A stretch of 64,000 nucleotides of DNA, taken from positions 316,594 to 380,593 of the forward strand of contig SCUL01000002.1 in NCBI GenBank assembly GCA_004297205.1, in the 5' to 3' direction. A model generated the notes under the pieces. The model had not been told where the DNA came from. It made no database searches and saw only the letters and a program-made list of their open reading frames with translations. The position numbers and the translations under genes were made by a program. Below are positions 36,801-46,346 of the stretch, piece by piece; the stretch's first letter is position 1, and the number at the start of each line of letters is the position of its first letter. Origin of the DNA: Patescibacteria group bacterium. GTDB taxonomy: Bacteria; Patescibacteriota; Patescibacteriia; 2-12-FULL-57-11.

Positions 36801-39800
36801 GGCCGGGCACTGGTAGGTCTGGGCCGAGGCATTCCAGCAGGTTTCCGCCTCGTAGCCTTCGGCCGTCGAACAGGCCGCGCCCTCCGCGCTCGCCGTGTTG
36901 AAGGTATTGAGCGGATCCTGCGGCAGCGCGCCGCCCAGCACGTTGCCCAAACCCGACTGCCAGGACGGCCAGCGGCTCGTGGACAGGCCGCGGATGTAGG
37001 AGCCGGAGGCCAGGGTCGGGTAGCTGCCGATGCAGCGGTCGCCGGCGCCGCAGTCGGCGTCGCGGATGCAGGTCGTTTCCGGCCGGTCTTCGCAGACCGA
37101 GGCCAGACCGTAGGCCGTTTCCATCTTGGCGCCAACTTCGGCCAGGTCCTGGAGGCGCAGCACGTCGCGCGTGAACTTGTCCTTGGGCGCGCGGCAGGTG
37201 CCGCCGACGGCGCCGCACTCGGCGTCCTGCTGGCAGGACAGCGGGCCGCACGTGGCGCCCGTGCCGCAATCGCCGTCCGTGACGCAGGCGCGGCCGGCGT
37301 CGTCGCTGCACACGTTGACCGAGCAGGTGCGGGCGTTGTCCCCGGCCAGGTTGGTGTTGAAACGCAGGTTCTCCATCATCTGCCGGAAAATCGTCTGCGT
37401 CGTCTCGTTGGCGCCCTCGTTGTAGGACATCAAGTAGACGTTGGTGTAGAGCTGCGGATCGCCGAACTTGTTGCCGGCGTTGATGTAGACGCTGCGGCCG
37501 TCCTGCACGGCGTCGTAGCCGTCCACCTCGACCGGCACTGGAGAACCGGTGAAGCCCTGTTTGGCGTACCAACGGGCCGGCTCGTCATGTGCGCGGTTGC
37601 GGAGGATGCGGATGCCGAAGGCATCGCCCGGCTGGCAGAGGTCGGATGCGCCGGTGCACTGCAAGGGCAGGAGCTTGTCGCCAATGATGCCCAAGAGCGC
37701 GGAGCCGGGCGCGGCCCCTGCGCCGATCGAAACCGCTGCGTCGGCGGGCGACGGCAGGTCGTCATGCCGCCCCGCCTCGCCGGCATCGCGGCAGAAATAG
37801 GTCGAGAAGTTGAAATCGTCGTCCGTGAACGGCGTCCAGGTGCCGTCGGCGGCGCGGCTCGGCCAGGGATTCTCGCAGAGCAAAACCGTGGCCAGTGCGC
37901 TGCCCGAGGCGGTTTCTCCGTAGCAGTGGCCGGCCGTGGCCGAACCGGCGGCGGCGCAGCGCCGCCCGCGGCCGCATGCCAGCTCCTGCGCGGTGATGTC
38001 CCCCGTCGGATCGCAGGCCGCGCCGAAGATGTTGGCCGTGACCGTGGCCTGCGCGGTAATGGTGGCCTGGCCGTTCTGCGGCTGGCCGATGGTGCGCAGC
38101 GTCATGGCCTCGCTCGAGGAACTCGGATACGTGAAGTGGATCGGCGCCGGATCGCCGTCGCGGTCGCCGTCGGAGGAAGCCCAATCCCAGACCCAAGAGT
38201 ACGTGGCGACCGGCACGATCGGCACGACGCGGGCGCCGCGGCGCGAGACGCCCTGGGAGCGGAACACCTTGTCGCTGTCGTCGAGTGTGTCGAAGGAGGC
38301 GCCCGGCGCGTCGTCGCGCGGATCGTTTTGGGCGGTCGAGAAGAGCGACGACTGCGGGATCACGCGCACCTGGTCGAGACGGCAGATTTCCGTACCGGTG
38401 GTGAAACTCCAGGAGGCGTCGCCGGACATGGGCACGCCGTCGATCGAACGCACGCCGGTCTTTTCGGCGTCGGTCAGGTCCGGGTCACCCTTCACGAGCA
38501 CGCGGAATTCGGTGCTCGGTGCCAGCGCCTCGCGCGGCGAGACCTGAAGCTCGGTCACGAGTCCGCCGCCGGCCACCGTTTTCTGCAGGTCGGCGATCAG
38601 CACCGTGCTCGAGGAGACGCAGAACCCGGCCACTCCTGCGCCGCGTCCGGCGGCGCAGGGTCCGACCGTGCGCTCCAGGAGCAACACGTTGCCGATGAAG
38701 GAACCGGCGTCCATGCGCATGTTGAACGTCGCCGCCATCAGCGTGTTGCGGCAGACGTCGGCACCCTCCGGCGTGAACGGCGGAACGAGTTGCGGACGCG
38801 GCGCACAGCAGCCGCCGTTGCCGCAGCCGATCGAGCCGGCCCGGGCGCCCGGAGCGAGCGTGGCGCAGTCGTTGTCGACCGTACAGGAGCAGACCATCTG
38901 GAAGCCGGCCGTGCCGGTCACGGTGTCGCCCGCGGCGTTGCGCGTGGCGACGGTCAGGTCGGCGGTGCCGCCGGCCGCGCCGCGCACGTAGCTGTCCGGA
39001 TCCGGACGGCCGTCGGTGGGACCGCCGAATTCGCACTGTTCCCCGGTTTCCACCGGCACGTTCGTGCCGCAGTAGGCGGCCGAGGTGAAGCTGTAGCCGT
39101 AGCGCGGGTTGGAGCCCTCGAGCGTGCAGCGCTCGGAGCAGCCGTCGCCGGCGTCGGGGTTGCCGTCGTCGCAGGATTCGAAACGGGCAGGTTCGAGGAT
39201 GCCGTTGCCGCAGCAACCGGCGGCAGGGCCGCCCGCGCCCGGCGTGCAGGCCGTGCGGTTGCCTTCGGCCAGGCAGCGCTCGGAGCAGCCGTCGCCGCTG
39301 CGGACGTTGCCGTCGTCGCAGACTTCGCCGGATTCGAGCCGCCCGTTGCCGCAGACCGAGAACGGCCCGGGCAGGGTGCCTTCATTGATGCAGGAGGCCG
39401 AACAGCCGTCGCCGGAAGCGGTATTGCCATCGTCGCAATCCTCCCCTTCCCCGACGTCGCCGTTGCCGCAGGTGGCGCCGCCCCCGGCGGAGCCTTCGTG
39501 CGTGCAACGCTCGGTGCAGCCGTCGCCGTTCAGGACGTTGCCATCATCGCAATCCTCGCCGGCGGTACGCGTGCCGTTGCCGCAGGCCGGCGCCGAGGTT
39601 CCTTCGTTCAGACAGACGGCCGAGCAACTGTCGCCACCTGTCGTCCCGCCATCATCGCAATCCTCGCCGCGCTCGGTGCGCCCGTTGCCGCAGACTGAGA
39701 CGGAGCCGACGGAGCCGGTGAGCAAACAGGCGTTGGAGCAGGATTCGCCGCCGGCCAGCGGGAGCAGATCCTTGCCCTCCGTGCCGCTGCCCGGCGTGCT

Positions 39801-42800
39801 GCGGAAATCGACCGTGCCGACGGCGCCGCCGACCGCGGCCGAGACCGCGGCGTTGGCCGAGGTCCAATCCCACGAGTACCGTCCGCCGTCGAGCGGTTGG
39901 CCGCCGGCGTCGCAGTCGTCCGGCAAGCCGCGGGGGATGACGATGTAGTGGGCGACGTCGCCGATGATCTGGACCGAAGCGTTCGGCGGCGAGACGCTGA
40001 CGCTGGCCACGTCGCACAACGCGCTGTCGTCCTTGGTACGGAAGGTCCAGGAATAATCGTCGCCGTAGTTGCCGTCGGCCAGCGGCGCGCCGGAGCGCGA
40101 GCGCACGCCGTCGTCGCCGCCGGAGACGATGACGCGGTACCAGCTGCTGCGGGCGAGCTGCGCGGCGCCGGACGGACGGATCTGGAAACCCGTGGTGCGC
40201 CCGTCGGCGTCGACCGTGCCCTCCACGGAGAAGTCCGGCACGCCGCCCGCCTCGAGGAAGGCGCGGCACGATTCGTTGACGCAGGTGAACAGCCGGACCG
40301 TGCGGGCGTTGATCGTGGCCGGGTCCATGGCCACGTTGAAGGACGCCGCGACGCGGGCGTTGACGCAGGCTGCGGAACACATCGGCGTGTGTTCGCCCAC
40401 GCGCGGATCAAGGTAGTTGATGTCGAGCACGCCGACGTCCGACTTGCCGGCCGCCGGGATTTCCGCGCGGACGTGGACCGGATTGTCGGTTTCGGTTTCG
40501 TTGAGTGCGGTCGCCACGTAGCGGCAGGAATTCGGTTCCACGGGATCAGCCGCGTCGTCGGCCAGCGTGGCGCGCGTCGAGGCGTCGCTGCCATCGGCAA
40601 GTGCGTGGCTCCAGCGCCAGTCGTAGGCCGTGCACATCAGCAGGTTGCAGTTCGCCGCCGTCGGATCGGCGCGATAGTCGACGGCTTCGCCTTCGCCCGT
40701 GGCCGTGAAGACGGCCGGCGAGACTTCGACGTGATCGACGCCGCAGGCCTCGTCGTTCGGCCGGATGCGGTAGGGCCAGACGTAGTCGCCGCCAGGCGCG
40801 TCGTCGCGGTCGCCGTCGAGCGCGATGCCCTCGACGCTGCGGATGCCGACATCCCCCGCCGCGAGCGTGACCCGGTACCAGGTGCTCGAGGCGAAGGCCG
40901 CTTCCGGCGTGAACGTCATGCGGCTCGTGTAACGCGCGGTGGCGCCGACGACGACGGATTCGCGCAGCACTTCGACGCGGCCGCGCAGCGGCGTGCCGGT
41001 GCAGGCGCCGCTGTCGAAGCCGTCGCCCTGGCCGCAGGCCTCGACCGCGACGTTCGTCGGGAAACTGGCCGGGTCCATTTCGGCCGTGAAGCGCGCCGAG
41101 ATGATGGCATTGGCGCAGGCATCGCGGGAACCCCGGTAGGGCGACGGACTCTGCGTGTCGGTTTCACAGGTGGCTTGTTCCACGACGCGCGGCAGCACGG
41201 GGACGTCACCGGTCGAGAAGCGCCACACGAAAGCGCCGGTCGGCGTGCGCACCGTGCAGTCGGCGCGGCAGGAACCGTCCGCGCAGCAGGACGTGCCGGC
41301 GGTGCAGGAGGCGTCGTCGCGGCACTGGCCGACCGTAAACGGTAGGGAGTTGGAAATGACGCCGCCGAGCGCTTCGACCGAGACCGGACCGGTCGCGGCC
41401 GCAAACGGCACGCGGGCGTTCTGGATTTCGGTGTCGGCCCAGGGGCCGTCCACGGTGGAGGCCTGGCCGTCGAAGAAGGTCACCTCGCCCGAGGTGGAGC
41501 CGAAGCGTTCGCCCAGAAGTCGCACGCGGGTGTCGGCCGGACCGTTATCCGGATCGATGGCGCAGAGTCCCGGATGCGGCACGCCGTCGGTCACCGTAAA
41601 ATTCACGGTGTTGGATTGCGCGCCGTCGGCGCGTTCCAGGCGGATGTTGTGGGCGGCCAGGGAAATGGGGGTGCGGCCGCCGGCGTCGCCGCGGTAAAAC
41701 GCCGGCACTTTGACGGTCACGGCGGCGTCGGTCCAATAGCGTTCGGCGCAGATGGCCGGGAAATCGACGGCACCGTCGGCGGTGGTGCCGTCCGGCAGCT
41801 GGAAGAGCACGCGGCCGACGCGCGCGCCGAAGTTGCTGCCGCGCAGGGTCACGTATTCCGACACCGGACCGGAGCTCGGCTCAATGGCCGTGACGTTCGG
41901 CAGCGTCCCCGCCTCCGGCGACAGGGCGCGGAAACTCTTGCGGTTGGATTCGTTCGTGCCCACGCGCACCCGGACCGTCCCGTCCGTTTCCACGGTCACG
42001 GCGAGCGACGGCACGCGGCCGCGGATCTCCGTCGGGGACCAATCGGCGTCGCTGGTGCCGGCAGCCGAATCCCGCCCGCCGACCGCGAACAGCACGCTGC
42101 CATCCGTGCCCGGATCTTCGCCGAAACCGGCACCCGTCAACGTGAAGCCGTCGCCCGTCCGCCCGCTCGACGGCTCGATGCGGCAGATGCCGGGGCGCGT
42201 CGTAGCGTTGACGGTGAAGACGCCGAGCAGGTTGGGACCGCGGGCGTCGTCGGTGTCGTCCTGCTCCCCGCCCGCCGCGGAGACGCGGATCGGGCCGGTC
42301 ACGGCGCCGGCGGGAACCGTCACGGTGATTTCGCGGTCCGTCCGGGCGCCGCCGTCGCACAGCGCCGCGGTCACGTCGTCGTCCGCGCCGGGACCGCCCA
42401 GGAACGTCACCTGGCCGGAGCCGCCGAAGGCGCGGCCGGCGACGGACACCAGCGTGCCCGGGCCGCCGTCCGTGGGCGAGACGCTTTCAATCATCGGCAC
42501 GTCCACGCAGGTACCGCTGCGGCACACCCCGCCCGCGCAGTCTGCCGGGCCGCCGCAGGACCCGCCGCCGCAAGCGCCGCACGAACCGCCGCAGTCGACG
42601 CCGGTTTCGTCGCCGTCCTGGACGCCGCTGCCGCAATGCCGCGGCCGCACGGCCACGGAGACGCCGGATACCGAGACCGAGTTGTCGTCCAAATCAAAGG
42701 CCGTGCCGCCGATCGAGTGGGTGCCCACCGTCACGCCGGTCGTATCCCAATCCACGGTCCCCGTGAAATCCGGAGACAGCGCCGCCGGAACGGTGCGGCC

Positions 42801-43751
42801 GATGGAGCCGCCGTCGATGGTCACGTCGATCGAAGAAATGCCGGCGTCGTCCACGGCGTGGACCTGGACCGGAATCAAATCGCCTTCAATGACGGACTGC
42901 CCGTCGTCCGGGAAAACCACTTCGGCCAACGACGGCGCGGCCACGTCGACGATGCTGCCGGTACGGAAATCGGCGGAGCAGCCGGACGACGACAGTCCGG
43001 CGCAGGTCAGGTTACGGCCGGAAGAGGAACGCAGGCCGGTCGTGACTTCAATGTGATAATCGGCGTCCGCGTCGAAACAGCGGCGCGATTCGTTGGGCGG
43101 CGGACAAGCCGCGGCCGGCACGAATTCCACGGCGCTGCCGTTTGCCGCATAGGTGCCGTCCACTGGCGCGCCCGCGGCGGTGGTCACCCGGACGTTGCCG
43201 GCCACGCTCCCCGCGTCCACGTTCTGGTTGAAAATCGCGCGCGCCGTGACGTTTCTGATCGGCACGCTGCCGGTCGGGCTGAAGCCGCGCACCACGAAGC
43301 TGTCGGAGCTGGCGCCCCCGCCGCCGAAGCCGCCGCCTCCACCGCCCCCGCCGCCGCCCGCCCCGGGAGTGGCTCCCGTGGCGTCGAGCAGGCTGTTCAT
43401 GACGAACTGGGCGATGGCGTACGACGACAGAACGATGGCCAGGCCGATGACGGCGGAAATGATCACTTTGCGGGCCTTGTCGACCTGCTCTTCGTTGCCG
43501 GCCGCGGTCATCCACAGGAAACCGCCGTACAGAATGAGCAGCACGGCGACGATGCCGAGCAATCCCATGAAGTTGCGGATGATGCGGGCCACGGTGACGC
43601 GCACGTCCGTGGTCCCGAGACCGAGCGCACCTTCCACATCCGGGGTCAGGCCGGTGTTGACCTGTGCCAGGACCGGAGACGCGAACGCGGCGCCGAGCAG
43701 GAGGGCGCCGCAGAGGATCGCGGCCAATCCGAGGAGGCGTTGGCGTTTCAT
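33849..43751 (-). CDS. Giant (3300 aa) pilin-domain adhesin with Ig-like, IPT/TIG, Myxococcus-type Cys-rich repeats and vWA domain
   Basis: N-terminal TrbC/VirB2-like CPR pilin motif (ILYGGFLWMTAAGNEEQVDKAR); IPT motifs (G..V.L.G..FG); about 12 CG[ND]G...E.C repeats; MIDAS-like FDVSRSM. Confidence 0.88.
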   Translation of the reverse strand: MKRQRLLGLAAILCGALLLGAAFASPVLAQVNTGLTPDVEGALGLGTTDVRVTVARIIRNFMGLLGIVAVLLILYGGFLWMTAAGNEEQVDKARKVIISAVIGLAIVLSSYAIAQFVMNSLLDATGATPGAGGGGGGGGGGFGGGGASSDSFVVRGFSPTGSVPIRNVTARAIFNQNVDAGSVAGNVRVTTAAGAPVDGTYAANGSAVEFVPAAACPPPNESRRCFDADADYHIEVTTGLRSSSGRNLTCAGLSSSGCSADFRTGSIVDVAAPSLAEVVFPDDGQSVIEGDLIPVQVHAVDDAGISSIDVTIDGGSIGRTVPAALSPDFTGTVDWDTTGVTVGTHSIGGTAFDLDDNSVSVSGVSVAVRPRHCGSGVQDGDETGVDCGGSCGACGGGSCGGPADCAGGVCRSGTCVDVPMIESVSPTDGGPGTLVSVAGRAFGGSGQVTFLGGPGADDDVTAALCDGGARTDREITVTVPAGAVTGPIRVSAAGGEQDDTDDARGPNLLGVFTVNATTRPGICRIEPSSGRTGDGFTLTGAGFGEDPGTDGSVLFAVGGRDSAAGTSDADWSPTEIRGRVPSLAVTVETDGTVRVRVGTNESNRKSFRALSPEAGTLPNVTAIEPSSGPVSEYVTLRGSNFGARVGRVLFQLPDGTTADGAVDFPAICAERYWTDAAVTVKVPAFYRGDAGGRTPISLAAHNIRLERADGAQSNTVNFTVTDGVPHPGLCAIDPDNGPADTRVRLLGERFGSTSGEVTFFDGQASTVDGPWADTEIQNARVPFAAATGPVSVEALGGVISNSLPFTVGQCRDDASCTAGTSCCADGSCRADCTVRTPTGAFVWRFSTGDVPVLPRVVEQATCETDTQSPSPYRGSRDACANAIISARFTAEMDPASFPTNVAVEACGQGDGFDSGACTGTPLRGRVEVLRESVVVGATARYTSRMTFTPEAAFASSTWYRVTLAAGDVGIRSVEGIALDGDRDDAPGGDYVWPYRIRPNDEACGVDHVEVSPAVFTATGEGEAVDYRADPTAANCNLLMCTAYDWRWSHALADGSDASTRATLADDAADPVEPNSCRYVATALNETETDNPVHVRAEIPAAGKSDVGVLDINYLDPRVGEHTPMCSAACVNARVAASFNVAMDPATINARTVRLFTCVNESCRAFLEAGGVPDFSVEGTVDADGRTTGFQIRPSGAAQLARSSWYRVIVSGGDDGVRSRSGAPLADGNYGDDYSWTFRTKDDSALCDVASVSVSPPNASVQIIGDVAHYIVIPRGLPDDCDAGGQPLDGGRYSWDWTSANAAVSAAVGGAVGTVDFRSTPGSGTEGKDLLPLAGGESCSNACLLTGSVGSVSVCGNGRTERGEDCDDGGTTGGDSCSAVCLNEGTSAPACGNGTRTAGEDCDDGNVLNGDGCTERCTHEGSAGGGATCGNGDVGEGEDCDDGNTASGDGCSASCINEGTLPGPFSVCGNGRLESGEVCDDGNVRSGDGCSERCLAEGNRTACTPGAGGPAAGCCGNGILEPARFESCDDGNPDAGDGCSERCTLEGSNPRYGYSFTSAAYCGTNVPVETGEQCEFGGPTDGRPDPDSYVRGAAGGTADLTVATRNAAGDTVTGTAGFQMVCSCTVDNDCATLAPGARAGSIGCGNGGCCAPRPQLVPPFTPEGADVCRNTLMAATFNMRMDAGSFIGNVLLLERTVGPCAAGRGAGVAGFCVSSSTVLIADLQKTVAGGGLVTELQVSPREALAPSTEFRVLVKGDPDLTDAEKTGVRSIDGVPMSGDASWSFTTGTEICRLDQVRVIPQSSLFSTAQNDPRDDAPGASFDTLDDSDKVFRSQGVSRRGARVVPIVPVATYSWVWDWASSDGDRDGDPAPIHFTYPSSSSEAMTLRTIGQPQNGQATITAQATVTANIFGAACDPTGDITAQELACGRGRRCAAAGSATAGHCYGETASGSALATVLLCENPWPSRAADGTWTPFTDDDFNFSTYFCRDAGEAGRHDDLPSPADAAVSIGAGAAPGSALLGIIGDKLLPLQCTGASDLCQPGDAFGIRILRNRAHDEPARWYAKQGFTGSPVPVEVDGYDAVQDGRSVYINAGNKFGDPQLYTNVYLMSYNEGANETTQTIFRQMMENLRFNTNLAGDNARTCSVNVCSDDAGRACVTDGDCGTGATCGPLSCQQDAECGAVGGTCRAPKDKFTRDVLRLQDLAEVGAKMETAYGLASVCEDRPETTCIRDADCGAGDRCIGSYPTLASGSYIRGLSTSRWPSWQSGLGNVLGGALPQDPLNTFNTASAEGAACSTAEGYEAETCWNASAQTYQCPAGSRIYEYRKRGRGFEFGAEFELRFCSTDPNRLCSQDADCTGGTCRVLNWADPVEPVSHPETGILNVFRLQDVCQARATDEGLLSASDGVCGDGSIGPGEQCEIGDTGVEACTIAGGAGGMRWTCSDTCTKTYGSCAPARCGDGILSPPEACDDGSLNNTYGRCNGLCTGLGPHCGDGNRQAGEVCDLGGRCAGSGATCNFGGAGGCADGSACLGTTRYNASRAASCAPDCRNFGPYCGDGEISYGEICEPGQTESEVCGTDPDGREMRRSRTCVAACTGFGAWSACSVVSSCGDGVVQREAGEECDDGNRNQNDGCLNTCVRNVCGDRIVNPAGEECDSGADNIDASNPSSIARARASCAYGRSCNFCTNVCRGISVSGGYCGNGVVERPYELCEPNDVSCVEGATRDTHCSGDCRQACPPTFSQLEIRLQPHSPGGFISDRTLGEAVVDSGAVTHDLVIPACQTGASTIDTDMQIVADLTPVGTVGRRTSVLLVFDVSRSMGLLPNGTGGTPSRFDIAKNVVAGADGVIDQIYNSFPGSVTDLKMGILAFGGLNANPSGPILYQGSRYEGNVRTLTALTGAPELVVLNAIGREELKTTVQGLRMITSGSGRDVSPGKAAMERATAILDADGAEQRIVILVSDGLQSDDHFFSRGSSCAPEGCENHERTHSTPVGAVGPRYRNFTLRVAEDETYLSEFGSVQEMCAAGRFSMIDDWYGCIRAMESIAPSANRFVATTLDASVDIGSAIGTAVTSAVVAGTITVGPPVGATAPVSTGPITIRRSATVPLGSITCSRTPQLLPLRIDAGAGVQIRVSAVRFNACPLVYGDPPPPPPGGFACVPSRSPAAPADPTDGDGVVVDEEGGAVGVPPGGSPPGGSGGGTCDDPARTCVDGRCRLDARPCPIPDTGGGGCSDLEDVVVSGGSCTCARLEPSYPACRTSASGGGFIRCSVSCRAGFICVADSCIPSGSSPVPGGGFGGGFFP

Positions 43752-43752
43752 A

Positions 43753-45594
43753 TCAGCGGCCGGGCGTGACGGCGCCGGTCACGGGGTTCACGACGCAGGC
43801 GGAGGCCGAAGGCGTACCGTTGCAGCAGTAGGCGTCGCCCGGCCGGCAGCGGCCCACGGCGGGGGTCGCGGCTGCCGGGTAATAACAGTTCTGCCGGGTG
43901 TCCTGCACGGCCGAGCCGATCGACGGCACGTAGTTCGTCTCCTGCAAAAACAGGCAGTGCTGGAGCACGGCGGCGCTCTTGGTGGGCTGGGTGCTGGTGG
44001 CCGAGCCACCGGCGTCGTCGACGTGTTCGCCGTACCAGGCGTAGCAGGTCGGCTCCTCGGGCGGCAACGGCTGTGGGGCCTGCGTCACCGGCATGGCTTC
44101 GCTCGAGAACGTCAGCAGACGCATCAGCTTGGAGAAACGGATGCGGACCGGCGCGTCGAAGGCCACGCGTCCTTCATCGAAGTTCGGGCTGATGGCGTCG
44201 ACCGCCGGCGGCACCAGGTCGATTTCGTCCGTGGTGCGGAAATTCCACGCATGGTCGTCGGCGCCCGGGCCTTCGGCCGTGCCGTTGCCGTTGCCGTCGA
44301 GCGAGTTGCCGGAGACGTCGGTGGCGCCGTCCGACGGATACCGCGTCGGATCGGCCACAGGCGGCGTGTCGGAGAGCGTCGCGGCGCGGATGGTGGCGGC
44401 GATATTGGAGGAGCCCGGCAGGCAATAGACGTTGCCGCCGCAGGAGTTTGTCCCGCACAAGTCGTTGGTCACGAATTCGATCGTCCGGTAGCGATTGCCG
44501 ATGGCGACCGATCCGGGAACGATGGCGCCGCCCGCTTCGATGCGGACGTTGGTGAAGGCCGGCAGGTCGCCGGTGAGCGACGTCGGATCCATCGCCTCGT
44601 TGAACGTCACCTGGACCACGGTGTTGCGCGGATTGGTGGAATCACGGAACGGCACGACGCTTTCGACGACCGGCGGCGTCAGGTCGATGAACGTACCGAC
44701 CGTGAAGTCCCAGAGGTAGCCGCCGGCGAAAATGCCGGCAAAAGCGGCCTCGCCGTCGGCTTTGCGGATGGCAGAGCCGAGCTTCACCTGATAGGCCGTG
44801 TCGGCCGAAGGCGAGCCCAGGAGCGGCGGGATGAACACGAAGGTCTGGCGGTCCGGCGTGAAGGCCACGCGCACGTCGGCGCTCGCGAGCGCCGAGCCTT
44901 CTCCGGCCGAGGCCGCGAAAATCTTGACGTTGGCGTCTTCCAGCGCAGTCGGCGCGCCGCCGCCCGGATAGTCGTCGGACAGGTCGTCCGGCGTGCCCTG
45001 GTCGTCGTAGCCGCGCACGAACGAGGCGATCTGCATCGGCTCCTTGAAGGTCACGATGATGCGGACGTTGCGCGGCACGTCGGTCTGGCCGCGGCCCGGG
45101 TAATGGCTTTCGATGATGCCGTTGCCGAGCGCGCCGGAGAGCGGGATGGATCCGCCGATGCCTCCCCCGCCACCTCCGCCGCCTCCGCCACCGCCGGCTC
45201 CCGTGGCTTCAAGCAGACGGCTCAAAACGAATTGGGTGATGGCGACGGATGACAAAATGATGGCCAGCCCGATCACGGCCTGGGTGATGACACGGCGCGC
45301 CTTGTCGACCTGCTCTTCGTTGCCAGCCGCGGTCATCCACAGGAAACCGCCGTACAAGATGAGGACGACGGCGATGATGCCGAGCAGGCTCAGGAACGTC
45401 CGGATGATGCGGGCCACGGTGATGCGGATGTCGGTGGTGCCCAATCCCAGCGCGCCTTCCACTCCGGGAGTGAGTCCCAAATTCACGGTGGCGGCGTGCG
45501 TCACCTCCGGAACGCACAAAAGGACCGTCCCGGCGATCATCATCGCGAGGAGCAGTCCGGTGGTTGCGGTTGTGCGATCGAAGATGCGATGCAT
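43753..45594 (-). CDS. Pilin-domain protein with three Ig-like (Big_5-type) domains
   Basis: Pilin domain near-identical to the downstream giant gene; poly-Gly linker; P....VPRN..I.VTF.E.M repeats. Confidence 0.85.
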   Translation of the reverse strand: MHRIFDRTTATTGLLLAMMIAGTVLLCVPEVTHAATVNLGLTPGVEGALGLGTTDIRITVARIIRTFLSLLGIIAVVLILYGGFLWMTAAGNEEQVDKARRVITQAVIGLAIILSSVAITQFVLSRLLEATGAGGGGGGGGGGGGIGGSIPLSGALGNGIIESHYPGRGQTDVPRNVRIIVTFKEPMQIASFVRGYDDQGTPDDLSDDYPGGGAPTALEDANVKIFAASAGEGSALASADVRVAFTPDRQTFVFIPPLLGSPSADTAYQVKLGSAIRKADGEAAFAGIFAGGYLWDFTVGTFIDLTPPVVESVVPFRDSTNPRNTVVQVTFNEAMDPTSLTGDLPAFTNVRIEAGGAIVPGSVAIGNRYRTIEFVTNDLCGTNSCGGNVYCLPGSSNIAATIRAATLSDTPPVADPTRYPSDGATDVSGNSLDGNGNGTAEGPGADDHAWNFRTTDEIDLVPPAVDAISPNFDEGRVAFDAPVRIRFSKLMRLLTFSSEAMPVTQAPQPLPPEEPTCYAWYGEHVDDAGGSATSTQPTKSAAVLQHCLFLQETNYVPSIGSAVQDTRQNCYYPAAATPAVGRCRPGDAYCCNGTPSASACVVNPVTGAVTPGR

Positions 45595-45629
45595 GGTCTC
45601 GCTTCGATCTCAGGTCCTCCTGAGGTGTG

Positions 45630-46073
45630 TCAGGTACCGAGCGCTTTTTTGACGGCCGCCTGGACGGCGGCGCCGTCGGCGCGTCCGGCGACTTCTTTGA
45701 CGACCGCCCCCATGATCTTGCCGAAGGCTTTGGGGTCGGCGCCGATCTCGGCCGCCTTGGCGGCCACGATCTTCTCGAGCTCCTCGGCCGGCATGGCCGG
45801 CGGCAGGTAGCGGGAGAGGATGGCCATCTCGGCGTCGGTCTTCTCCACCAGGTCGACCCGGCCGCCCGTGGCGAACTGCGCCTTGGTGTCGGCCAGCTGC
45901 TTCATGGTGGTGCGCAGGAGGCCAAGCACGTCCTCGTCCGTCAGGGGACGCTGCTTGTCGATCTGCACGTTCTTCATTGTAGCACGAAGCATCCGGAGTG
46001 TTTCCACTACGGATGTATCGTGCGCCTTCATCGCGAGCTTCAGATCGTTGTCGACGGTCTCGATGAGGCCCAT
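45630..46073 (-). CDS. GatB/YqeY domain protein
   Basis: DLKLAMKA, TLRMLRA, YLPP and FGKIMG...ADG motifs; follows rpsU. Confidence 0.92.
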   Translation of the reverse strand: MGLIETVDNDLKLAMKAHDTSVVETLRMLRATMKNVQIDKQRPLTDEDVLGLLRTTMKQLADTKAQFATGGRVDLVEKTDAEMAILSRYLPPAMPAEELEKIVAAKAAEIGADPKAFGKIMGAVVKEVAGRADGAAVQAAVKKALGT

Positions 46074-46082
46074 GTCAGCAGA

Positions 46083-46346
46083 TTAACGGCGGGAGCGCTT
46101 CTTGCGCACCAAGAGGTCTTCTTCCTTGATCTTGCCTGCGCGGAGCATGTATTCGAGCTTCTCGCGGGCGACGATGCGGTGCAACGCGCTCTGGCGCTGC
46201 TCCAGTTTGCTCTTTGGCGGCGTGTAGAAACGGATCTTCTTGGCCTGCAGCACCTTGCCGCTCTGCTGGACACGCCGGCTGAAACGGCGCATCAAGGCTT
46301 CGAAGCTTTCACCCTTTTTACGGCGGACTTCAACCAGAGGAATCAC
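46083..46346 (-). CDS. rpsU: 30S ribosomal protein bS21
   Basis: VEVRRKKGESFEALMRRF motif; rpsU-yqeY synteny; GTG start inferred. Confidence 0.85.
   Translation of the reverse strand: MIPLVEVRRKKGESFEALMRRFSRRVQQSGKVLQAKKIRFYTPPKSKLEQRQSALHRIVAREKLEYMLRAGKIKEEDLLVRKKRSRR

Noticed and set aside
34791-39698. 1635-aa plus-strand ORF and many other long overlapping ORFs (e.g. 285..1922, 2037..3743, 41574..43769)
   Set aside because: These are antisense or alternate-frame shadows of real genes, expected in high-GC DNA, and contain no recognisable motifs.
39100-39700. Cys-rich tandem repeats in the giant adhesin as additional DGR VRs
   Set aside because: They have no similarity to the TR and their differences are not adenine-specific.
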